The translations under genes were made by a program, and so were the position numbers. The notes under the pieces were generated by a model. The model did no database searches. It was not told the DNA's origin and was given only the letters and a program-made list of their open reading frames with translations. This document shows, piece by piece, positions 1-7,802 of a stretch of DNA of 48,970 nucleotides (position 1 is its first letter; the number at the start of each line of letters is the position of its first letter). Source of the stretch: Chloroflexota bacterium (GTDB lineage Bacteria > Chloroflexota > Dormibacteria > CF-121); assembly GCA_005889225.1 (NCBI GenBank), contig VBEW01000077.1, positions 1 to 48,970 of the forward strand. The letters run 5' to 3'.

Positions 1-1
1 C

Positions 2-67
2 CGGGTGCGGGTCGAGCTATCCCCCTACGACCTGACCCGGGGACGGATCATCTTCCGCTACAAGTAG
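2..67 (+). CDS. infA: translation initiation factor IF-1, C-terminal fragment (gene runs off the 5' edge)
   Basis: Frame 2 reads RVRVELSPYDLTRGRIIFRYK then TAG at 65-67. This matches the conserved IF-1 C-terminus. Confidence 0.85.
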   Translation, partial: RVRVELSPYDLTRGRIIFRYK

Positions 68-93
68 CCACGGGTTAACCTCAAGCCAGGACC

Positions 94-582
94 ATGGTCT
101 GGCTATACCTCCTGATCCTGCTGGCGCTGGCGGCCGGGCTCTGGGGCGTCTATCGGGTCCTTGGAACGCCGTCGAAGCTGGCCCCGACGGATTATCACAT
201 CGTTCTTGCCGACGTCGCGGTCAGTGTCGAAAAAGCTGCCATCCAGCTCCGCCAGGTCCTCGACGGCGCACCTGCCGCGGATGGCGACGACACGGCAAAG
301 GAAGCTCGGAAGATCTTTCAGACGGGCTACTATCAGACGCTTCGCCTTCGCCCGGCCAGCGGGTCTGATCAGGCGGCGGACATGCGGGCCGAGCTTGGCC
401 GGGCCTGCGAGGCCTACGACTGGGCCAGCCGCATGATCGGTAGCGAGAGCGCCCGCAACCCGCTCATCCTGGAGGCTGCCCGCGGCTTGATGGACGCCGG
501 CGATACGGCGCTCAGGCAGGCCGCCCGGGCGCTGTCGCCGGCACGCCCTGCGCCTCGCGAAAATACCGCGCTGTCGCCGTAA
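94..582 (+). CDS. hypothetical membrane-anchored protein (162 aa)
   Basis: ATG preceded by AGGA. N-terminal hydrophobic helix MVWLYLLILLALAAGLWGV. Third codon positions are strongly G/C as expected for a real frame. No family recognised. Confidence 0.55.
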   Translation: MVWLYLLILLALAAGLWGVYRVLGTPSKLAPTDYHIVLADVAVSVEKAAIQLRQVLDGAPAADGDDTAKEARKIFQTGYYQTLRLRPASGSDQAADMRAELGRACEAYDWASRMIGSESARNPLILEAARGLMDAGDTALRQAARALSPARPAPRENTALSP

Positions 583-1465
583 GGCCGGTCTCCAGGCTCG
601 TTGTTGGACGCCAGCCCATCACCCTCTCGATCTTCCGGGCGTCCACCACCGAGCGGCGTTGCTCGCCGGGCAGCGGCGGCCCATGCATTTCCGCCTGGCT
701 GCTGCCCGTCAGCCGTCTGAGCAACTGGAAGACCGCGTTGATGTCGGTCTCGATGCCGGTGCCGACGTTGAACGACCCGATGGCGTCCGATTCGAGGGCT
801 CGGACGTTCGCCTCCGCCACATCGCCGACATAGACGAAGTCGCGGGTCTGTTTGCCGTCCCCGTTGATGCGGGCGCTCTCGCCGCTCAGTAGCCGCCGGC
901 TGAAAATGGCGACGACGCCCGCCTCGCCGTGGGGATCCTGGCGAGGCCCGTACACATTGGCGTAGCGGAGCGCGGCGTACGAAAGGCCATGCACCGCATG
1001 AAAGGTCCGCAAATACACCTCAGCGGCCAGCTTCGAGGCGCCGTAGGGTGACACGGGCAGCGTCGGGTAGTCCTCGGGTGTGGGTGTCACCTCGGCGTCG
1101 CCGTACAGGGCGCCCCCGGTGGAGGCAAAGAGGAACCGGCGTACGTCGTGACGGACGCTGGCCTGGAGCAGGGCCACGGTTCCCAGCACATTGACGCCGG
1201 CGTCGAACACCGGGTCATCGACCGAGCGGCGCACGCTGGCCTGGGCCGCCTGGTGGATAACGGCCTGGGGCTGCTCGATCTTGAGAAGCTCCTCGAGCCA
1301 GGGTGACTGCAGATCCATCTGGTAGAAGCGCGCTCTCGGAGGGAGGTGCTCGACGTGGCCAGTGATGAGGTCGTCGAGGATTACGACTTCATGCCCCGCC
1401 GACAGGAGCCGGTCGGCGATATGGGATCCGATGAACCCCGCGCCGCCGGTGAGCAGGACCTTCAA
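512..1465 (-). CDS. NAD-dependent epimerase/dehydratase (extended SDR, UDP-glucose 4-epimerase-like)
   Basis: N-terminal Rossmann motif KVLLTGGAGFIGSH and catalytic YxxxK (SPYGASKLAAE). TTG start overlaps the stop of the upstream gene (TTGA). Confidence 0.85.
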   Translation of the reverse strand: MKVLLTGGAGFIGSHIADRLLSAGHEVVILDDLITGHVEHLPPRARFYQMDLQSPWLEELLKIEQPQAVIHQAAQASVRRSVDDPVFDAGVNVLGTVALLQASVRHDVRRFLFASTGGALYGDAEVTPTPEDYPTLPVSPYGASKLAAEVYLRTFHAVHGLSYAALRYANVYGPRQDPHGEAGVVAIFSRRLLSGESARINGDGKQTRDFVYVGDVAEANVRALESDAIGSFNVGTGIETDINAVFQLLRRLTGSSQAEMHGPPLPGEQRRSVVDARKIERVMGWRPTTSLETGLTATARYFREAQGVPATAPGRPA

Positions 1466-2493
1466 CGCCGATGGCTCAGCAGGAAGACCACCAACCCCAC
1501 GGCGATCAGGCTCCAGTAGCTGATCAGGCGGTCGAGGATGGCGACGGAGAGGGCCTGCGAGGCGGTCAGGCCGAAGAAGACCAGCACCGCGATGATTCCC
1601 CCCTCCACCAGGACGAGTCCGCCGGGTAGGGCCGGAATCGTCGTCAGCAGCGAGGCGACCAGGGCGATGAACATGATCTGGGCCAGGCTGAGCGAGATGT
1701 GCAAGGGCAGCGCCTGGACGACCAGGAAAAGGCGGGTGGACTCCGCCATCCAGACCAGGACGGTCAGGCCAAGGAGCAGGGGTAGGCGCCCGGCAAATGC
1801 GCTCAGCAGGCCATGCTTGAAGCGCGCCGCACGTTCGCGAAGGCGTTCGGGAAGGTACCGCGACAGCCGGCCCTCGCTGTACCGGACGACTAGCAGGCCG
1901 GCAATCAAGCCGGCCGCGATCAGGAGCCCCACGATGAAGGCAGGAACAAAGCGTTCCGGGACGGTTGCCCGAAAGCTGATCAGACCGCTGATGACCAGCA
2001 GGCTCATCAGGACCAGAAAATCGAGCGCGCGCTCGCTGAAGATCGTGCCCAGCCCCTTTGATCCCGAGACGTCCGTCTGCTGCCGGAGCAGATACGCGCG
2101 ATAGAAGTCGCCCATCTTCGCGGGCAGGACGCAGTTGGCAAACCAGGCGAGGATCACGATGTGGAAAAGCTCACCGAACCGGTTGGACTCGCCGGTATTA
2201 CGGAGGAGGATCTCCCAGCGGACGGTGCGTACCACGAAGGAGAAGTAGAAGGCCGCGAATGCCAGCGCGTAAACCAGGACGTTCGTCTGGGTGATCGCAC
2301 GCAGGCTTTCGCCGTAGTCGAACTGCACGTGTGTGAGTACGACGAACAGCACGACGATGAGGATTCCGAAGGAGATCAGCGTCCGTGGATCGAGCAGCCG
2401 GTCTTTGAGGGCGGATCGCGTGACCGCCGCCTGCGGCGGGACGGCGGCGGGCTGCATCTTGCGATTCAACATATCAGGGCGCAACCGCCGCAA
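1462..2493 (-). CDS. UPF0104 / LPG_synthase_TM-like (flippase-like) polytopic membrane protein
   Basis: About 8 hydrophobic segments. The family-typical stretch FYFSFVVRTVRWEILLRNTG (R-x-x-RW) follows the second helix. Identified from memory of PF03706/TIGR00374, not searched. Confidence 0.65.
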   Translation of the reverse strand: MRRLRPDMLNRKMQPAAVPPQAAVTRSALKDRLLDPRTLISFGILIVVLFVVLTHVQFDYGESLRAITQTNVLVYALAFAAFYFSFVVRTVRWEILLRNTGESNRFGELFHIVILAWFANCVLPAKMGDFYRAYLLRQQTDVSGSKGLGTIFSERALDFLVLMSLLVISGLISFRATVPERFVPAFIVGLLIAAGLIAGLLVVRYSEGRLSRYLPERLRERAARFKHGLLSAFAGRLPLLLGLTVLVWMAESTRLFLVVQALPLHISLSLAQIMFIALVASLLTTIPALPGGLVLVEGGIIAVLVFFGLTASQALSVAILDRLISYWSLIAVGLVVFLLSHRR

Positions 2494-2499
2494 CCGAGG

Positions 2500-3042
2500 C
2501 TATTCCGCGATCTTTCGGCGACGGATGATCCTTTCTAACAACGGCATAAGGCGGCGGGGCTTGCCGGAGTCGCCATATTGACGGCGCATCTGTTCCTTCT
2601 CGCGCGCTTCGAGGATGCGCGGGACCCAGTCGGACTCGAGCATGGGCGAGTCACCGCCTTCCCAGGTCTTGAGATAAAAGATGCCCTTGAGCGCGGTAAA
2701 GGGGATCGCCAGGTCCTTGACCTCGCTCTGGTCGGGCGATACCAGCGACAGGGTAACCCCGTAACGGGACGGCCGGATTTGGCGGTCGCTGTAGCCGCGG
2801 AGCACTTCGTGGTCGACGAAATGGATCGCCACCCGCTGATAACGAGCGATGTCCACCGGATTGGAGGGTGGCCGCGAGTCGAGCAGGACATATTTGAGGC
2901 TGCTGAGTGGCACGAAGGCCCCTCGATTATTCGTGCCGAGGTTCAGGACGCGGGTCTCCACGACGGGGCTGTCCAGCTCGCCCTTCGGGGGATCGCCGTG
3001 CAAGGTCTCCCCGTCCAGGAAGCAGTAGATGGCGTGCGCCAC
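2500..3042 (-). CDS. hypothetical protein, internally duplicated beta-rich module plus basic C-terminal tail
   Basis: A 180-aa ORF packed between neighbours (6-nt and 36-nt gaps). Two similar halves: AIYCFLDGETLHGD...FVPLSSLKYVLL and AIHFVDHEVLRGY...AIPFTALKGIFYL. The tail is EKEQMRRQYGDSGKPRRLMPLLERIIRRRKIAE. Confidence 0.6.
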   Translation of the reverse strand: MAHAIYCFLDGETLHGDPPKGELDSPVVETRVLNLGTNNRGAFVPLSSLKYVLLDSRPPSNPVDIARYQRVAIHFVDHEVLRGYSDRQIRPSRYGVTLSLVSPDQSEVKDLAIPFTALKGIFYLKTWEGGDSPMLESDWVPRILEAREKEQMRRQYGDSGKPRRLMPLLERIIRRRKIAE

Positions 3043-3078
3043 GTCTCCCGAATTGTAGGGCAGCCTTGTCGCCGGTGG

Positions 3079-4692
3079 CTATCTGACCAGGTAGGCGAGT
3101 CCCCGCCAGTGGGGCACGTAGTGAGCGTTGAACTGCACGAGCAACCCGGCCGCGCTCTGGTGATAGTCACTCGCCTTACAGTTTGGCGGAACGCCCGGCG
3201 TGTTGGGCGTGTACGGCCCGGTGACGAGGTTGCCGCCATCGAGGTCGACCTGGGGCGATACCACTTCACCCGTTACCGCGTAGCGGTTCGTGCCGTTGGA
3301 GGCACTGACCGCCCGGAGCGTGACGACCGTCCCATGCGAGCCGTTGTTGTCAGCGTTGAAGATCGAGCCCCAGATCTGGAACGGATAGCCGCCCGGGGTC
3401 CCCTTCGTGCCGTCGATCTCCTCATCCCAGGGCGATCCGTTCGGGCCGCTGATCGTATCGGTCGCCTTGATGAAGAAGGCGATGCTGTCGGTGCCACTGG
3501 AGATGAAGCTCGGCGCCGCAAAGAAGACGCTCGGGGAGGTGTTGCCACTGGTGCCGGCGGTGAACTTGGCATTGCCGTCGAAGACGAAGGTCACCCCGTT
3601 GGTCCGGTCGGCCGCCGCCGGCAGGTCCGACACGCCGCCGAAGGGGCCGTAGTGCGGTAAACCATCCGATGTGTTCGACACGATCCCGCCGGTGATGTTG
3701 AAATCGACGTCCTGGAAGTAGTAAATCCCGTTCATGAAGCGGTAGTAATCGTTGTTGTTCGTGGCGTTGATCGAGCTGTGGTAGGTGCCGGGATAGTAGA
3801 TATGCACGGTTTTACCGTTGTAGGTAGTCGCCCCCGGTAGCGGAGCGTCAGCCGGCTTCAGCGGCGGCTCGTAGTTGGGCGACCCCTCGATCGGCTGGGA
3901 CGTGCCGACGCTCTTGTACCAGTACTCGATGAGCGCGTGCGTGTCTGACGCTTGCGAATAGTAGAACTGCCCATTGAGGTTCATCCAGTCGCCACCCGGG
4001 TTGGGGGCGTGCCACTTCGAGTTGGACACCAGCCGGCCCTGGTCCGGGCTGGGCTGGCAGATGTCGCTGCCGTTGAAGCCGTCGTCGATCTGAGCGTTGC
4101 CGTTCTGGTCGAAGTTGACGGCGTTGCCATTACCGCCGGCGTCGAAGCCAAAGACGGTGTAGGTCTTGTTGTAGAAGCCGCCATGGGCATAGGCATCGGC
4201 CACCACCGCCGACGTGGTGAAGCCCAGGACTGCGGCAAACGTCAGCGGCACGTTGTAGGTCACCCGCACGTGGATCTCGTTGCTGTTGTTGCGGCTGGGC
4301 GTCCAGACCTGGACGGTGGCCGAGATGTGGTCTGCCGGCTCGCTGATGCCCCCGCCGAAGCTGTTGGGATGGTAGGCACCCGGGGCGGGACTGCAGTTGG
4401 TGCCGCTCCCGTCTCTCGGCGTATCCAGCAGGCCGAGCAGCGCGTACACCGATGCCTGGCATCCGGCGGAGTCGATCATGGCGCTGGTCACCGTGGTGTT
4501 GCTGCCGGTTGGCAGCAGTTCCTGCGCCCCGGCGAGGGCGCCGGCATCCGCGGCGTTCTGCACATCGCGACGCTGGAAGTACAACCGCCCCGCATCGAGG
4601 CCCAGGGCGATGATCCCGAACAGCGCCGTGGCCGAGAGCGCCACGATCACCAGGCTCTGCGCGCGCTTACCCTTGCGGAGGTTGATCAGCAT
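3079..4692 (-). CDS. TadG-like (Tad_N, putative Flp pilus-assembly) protein with a large N/G/T/Y-rich C-terminal region
   Basis: N-terminus KGKRAQSLVIVALSATALFGIIALGLDAGRLYFQRRDVQNAADAGALAGA matches the TadG-like N-terminal domain (PF13400 type). The remaining ~470 aa are not recognised. Confidence 0.7.
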   Translation of the reverse strand: MLINLRKGKRAQSLVIVALSATALFGIIALGLDAGRLYFQRRDVQNAADAGALAGAQELLPTGSNTTVTSAMIDSAGCQASVYALLGLLDTPRDGSGTNCSPAPGAYHPNSFGGGISEPADHISATVQVWTPSRNNSNEIHVRVTYNVPLTFAAVLGFTTSAVVADAYAHGGFYNKTYTVFGFDAGGNGNAVNFDQNGNAQIDDGFNGSDICQPSPDQGRLVSNSKWHAPNPGGDWMNLNGQFYYSQASDTHALIEYWYKSVGTSQPIEGSPNYEPPLKPADAPLPGATTYNGKTVHIYYPGTYHSSINATNNNDYYRFMNGIYYFQDVDFNITGGIVSNTSDGLPHYGPFGGVSDLPAAADRTNGVTFVFDGNAKFTAGTSGNTSPSVFFAAPSFISSGTDSIAFFIKATDTISGPNGSPWDEEIDGTKGTPGGYPFQIWGSIFNADNNGSHGTVVTLRAVSASNGTNRYAVTGEVVSPQVDLDGGNLVTGPYTPNTPGVPPNCKASDYHQSAAGLLVQFNAHYVPHWRGLAYLVR

Positions 4693-4696
4693 TTGC

Positions 4697-5164
4697 TCAG
4701 TACTCCGTCACCATCGTGGATTGCGCCGAGATCACAACGCCGTCGCCGGCCGCATCCCGCACCACCGGGATCCACGGCTGGAAGAGGAATGAGATCTTGA
4801 CCGTGACCTCGCCCCGGCCAGGCGTTCCGATGCCCGGGCCGTACCAGATGTAGCCGGTATTCGGTTGGGTCGGGGTCGTTGGCGTCGTGGTGCAGCCAGG
4901 AAGGCAGGGGTCCGCCGCCAGCGCAAAGCCACCGCCGAGTTTGCTCTGGACCGCCGCGACGACGGTCGCGTTGGACGGGAGCGGCGTATCAAACGGAATC
5001 GCGGCCCGAGTGCCTTCACGGGCGGCGTCGGAGATCGTGTTGTAGATGTACACAGCGCGTCCCAGGTCGATGGTGCCGAGCAGCAGCAGGAAGAACACGG
5101 GCGAGAGCACGGCGAACTCGACCATTGACTGGCCGGCGTGACGGCGCAACAGGCTCTTGCGCAT
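4697..5164 (-). CDS. TadE-like pseudopilin family protein
   Basis: N-terminus GQSMVEFAVLSPVFFLLLLGTIDLGRAVY is the TadE-like signature (PF07811 type). The start shares 1 nt with the upstream stop (TGATG). Confidence 0.72.
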   Translation of the reverse strand: MRKSLLRRHAGQSMVEFAVLSPVFFLLLLGTIDLGRAVYIYNTISDAAREGTRAAIPFDTPLPSNATVVAAVQSKLGGGFALAADPCLPGCTTTPTTPTQPNTGYIWYGPGIGTPGRGEVTVKISFLFQPWIPVVRDAAGDGVVISAQSTMVTEY

Positions 5165-5673
5165 CAGTATTCCGCCCTGAAGACCGCACTGGAGTTGATC
5201 GTCAGTGGGTTCCCGATCAGGCTGCCGATGATCGGGGTGATGAAATTGAAGCGGAAGCTTGCCGAGACGGTGATGGCGTACTGCGATGTCGGCGTGGCGC
5301 CGGTGAAGTAGGTGACCCGGGTGCTCTGGTCGGGCGTCACGTGAATGTCGGCTGTCGGAATCAAGAAGCCCGTCCCGGTGAGTTCCCGGTTGACCCGGTC
5401 CTGGACAGTAGTGTCTCCGGCGGTCACGCAGTTGGCCCCGGGGGTCGCGGGTGGCGGGACATTGGCGCAGCTCGGATTGAGCCCGAAGTAATACGGCTCG
5501 GCCGCATAGCGGGCGCCCTCGCGCACCGCGTTGGTCAAGGCAATCTGATAATAAAAGGCCCGGCCAAGATCGAGCATCCCCATCATCCCGATGACGAGGA
5601 AGGGCACCATCACGGCCATCTCGGCCAGCGCCTGGGCCCGTTTCCCGCGTGAACGTGAGTGCCTTTGCATCAT
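5164..5673 (-). CDS. TadE-like pseudopilin family protein
   Basis: RGKRAQALAEMAVMVPFLVIGMMGMLDLGRAFYYQIALTNAVREGARYAA. The ORF is open to 5760, but the ATG-ATG pair at 5673/5670 is preceded by AAGGA, so I use the shorter start. The exact start is uncertain. Confidence 0.68.
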   Translation of the reverse strand: MMQRHSRSRGKRAQALAEMAVMVPFLVIGMMGMLDLGRAFYYQIALTNAVREGARYAAEPYYFGLNPSCANVPPPATPGANCVTAGDTTVQDRVNRELTGTGFLIPTADIHVTPDQSTRVTYFTGATPTSQYAITVSASFRFNFITPIIGSLIGNPLTINSSAVFRAEY

Positions 5674-5735
5674 TCCTTGTTTCCCGGAGCGATTAGAATC
5701 GCCGCTGCGCGGCAACGGGACACACGGCAAAACAG

Positions 5736-7769
5736 GTGAAATCCTTGGACTCCTTCGCAATTCAACGCCAGCCTATGGGAAAGCCTGTAGGCACCCCAAG
5801 AGGGGGCCTGCATCGTGACGGCGCCGTCGCGGCCCTGTTGCGGCTTTCTTTCAGGGCTCGTTACGGGGCCGTTGTTAGACGGTTCTCAAGGTTGCATCGG
5901 GCCGTAACGCTTGCCAGTGTCTTTTCACTGCTCGCTATGCAACCCGTGGCTGCGGCCGGCAACCTGACCCTGCCCTTCAACGTCCCGCAGCCACGCATTA
6001 CCTCGTGGACGGATCACCACTACCCCGACCGGCAGGACGACGGGACCATGATCCGCTTCGACGGCGCCCGGGGCTACGCGTACGATGGCCATCGCGGTAC
6101 GGATTTCGCGGTACCCTCCAATACCCCGGTGCTGGCGGCCGATGACGGCACCGTCATCTACAGCGAGTGGAGCGATAGCGGCGGTTGGGGTGTGGTGATC
6201 GATCACGCATACGACCGCACCGCCTACTTCCATAACAATCAGCTCTTTACGTATCCGGGCCAGCACGTGTCTCGGGGTCAGCTGATCGCACTCAGCGGCA
6301 GTACCGGAAATTCCACCGGCCCGCATATTCACTTCGAGGTGCGCGACCTGCTCACACCGTGGCACTCGGTCGATCCCTACGGCTGGACCGGGCCTGGCAA
6401 GGATCCCTGGCGTTGGGACCTCGGCTATCTCTGGACGAGCAACCCGCCGGTGCCCTTCCTGCTGCCGCTCGCCTTTCCTTCGGGAGCGCACTGGAACTAC
6501 TGGTACGGCATCGATGGGCCGCCTCCACCGGTGAGCTGGCGCCTCCGCGACGGAGGTCGCGGCCTGGCTGGATTCGCTGCGCGCTGGGACGCCGACCCAG
6601 GTGTGGCGGCCGGCCGTACGCTGGCGACGAGTGGGAGCGCAGCCGTACCCGGCCCCGGAGCCCACACCCTGCACCTTCGGGTCTTCGACCGGGCGGGCAC
6701 CAGCGCCGACATCACCTACCTATATCTATATGACGTCGACCCGCCCACATCGGCGCTGCGCGTCGATCCCGGCTCGTCGATTGCGCCCAGCCTGCACTGG
6801 TCGGGCAACGACGCCCTGTCTGGTGTCAAGGGCCTGGCGATCGAGGTGGCAGCCGGATCGACCGCGTTTCGGCCGTGGTACTCGCAGTCGGCTGACCAGC
6901 CGGCGGCCGGTAAAAGCCAGGGCGCGCTCCGCTTCCTCGGCGATCCTGGGGTCACCTATCAGCTCCGACTCACGCTCAACGACGCTGCCCGAAATCCCGC
7001 GGCGCCCGTCGTCGTGACGGCCTCGCTCTCGGCAGGCGCCGCCATGCCGGCCACCGCGGCGGATCACGCCGTACTGGGCCCACTCCCGGCTCAGCCGGAG
7101 GGGGCGGCGGCGGTAATGGGCGTGCGCCAGGAACACCCCTCCGCTGAGGGCGCGCTCCTGCTCGGCACCGATGCCTCGGTGCATGGATTGGGCGGGAGCG
7201 CCCCGATACCGAACGCGCCGCCGGCGTCAGTGGCGGCTGCTGTCGATGTGGCCACCCTACCCTCCGGGCCGCTCCGCCTGCTGGCCGATGGCACCACCTG
7301 GAACAGCTCCGGGTTGGCCGGACCCCGGTTTGCCGTCAAGTCGCCCGTCCGCCTGCTGGGTACGAGCGATGGCAGCATCCTCGCGGTGGATGCCGGCGGC
7401 GCCATCGCCGTGGCATCCTCCTCCGTGGCGGGAGAGAGTCGGGGTGGCGGCTCCGTCTCGCTTTCGCCCGGCACGACGCTGGTGGATGCGGCGGTGTTCC
7501 CTGGATCACACGCCGGCCTCGCGCTCGACAGCGCTGGCGCCGTTCACGTCTTTGGTATCGCCGACCCCGGGCTGGCGGCCATCGCATCCGGCTGGATGTT
7601 GCCGGGGAAACCGCTGGCCATCGCTCTAGGCGGCACGCCGCAGGCGCCGGCCGGCATCATGACGGACGCCAGCGGTGACTGGCAGACGTTGGGGAGCATG
7701 CTCCTGTTGCCGGAGGCAACCTTCGGCGGTCCACTGTTCGATGGCACGACCGGCGTGCCCGTTCGATAA
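5736..7769 (+). CDS. secreted M23 (LytM-type) metallopeptidase with a long C-terminal Ig-like/repeat extension
   Basis: Zinc motifs HRGTDF (HxxxD) and GPHIHFEV (HxH). Signal-like RRFSRLHRAVTLASVFSLLAMQPVAAAG. The true start is probably later than the ORF bound (ATG 5775 or TTG 5892). Confidence 0.8.
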   Translation: MKSLDSFAIQRQPMGKPVGTPRGGLHRDGAVAALLRLSFRARYGAVVRRFSRLHRAVTLASVFSLLAMQPVAAAGNLTLPFNVPQPRITSWTDHHYPDRQDDGTMIRFDGARGYAYDGHRGTDFAVPSNTPVLAADDGTVIYSEWSDSGGWGVVIDHAYDRTAYFHNNQLFTYPGQHVSRGQLIALSGSTGNSTGPHIHFEVRDLLTPWHSVDPYGWTGPGKDPWRWDLGYLWTSNPPVPFLLPLAFPSGAHWNYWYGIDGPPPPVSWRLRDGGRGLAGFAARWDADPGVAAGRTLATSGSAAVPGPGAHTLHLRVFDRAGTSADITYLYLYDVDPPTSALRVDPGSSIAPSLHWSGNDALSGVKGLAIEVAAGSTAFRPWYSQSADQPAAGKSQGALRFLGDPGVTYQLRLTLNDAARNPAAPVVVTASLSAGAAMPATAADHAVLGPLPAQPEGAAAVMGVRQEHPSAEGALLLGTDASVHGLGGSAPIPNAPPASVAAAVDVATLPSGPLRLLADGTTWNSSGLAGPRFAVKSPVRLLGTSDGSILAVDAGGAIAVASSSVAGESRGGGSVSLSPGTTLVDAAVFPGSHAGLALDSAGAVHVFGIADPGLAAIASGWMLPGKPLAIALGGTPQAPAGIMTDASGDWQTLGSMLLLPEATFGGPLFDGTTGVPVR

Positions 7770-7802
7770 GGCCGGCTCCGCAGCTCCGCGGCTTGTGATC
7801 CG

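Noticed and set aside
2578-3660. 360-aa plus-strand ORF opposite the 180-aa and TadG-like genes
   Set aside because: It is an antisense shadow that spans an intergenic gap of the real minus-strand operon. No motifs are present.
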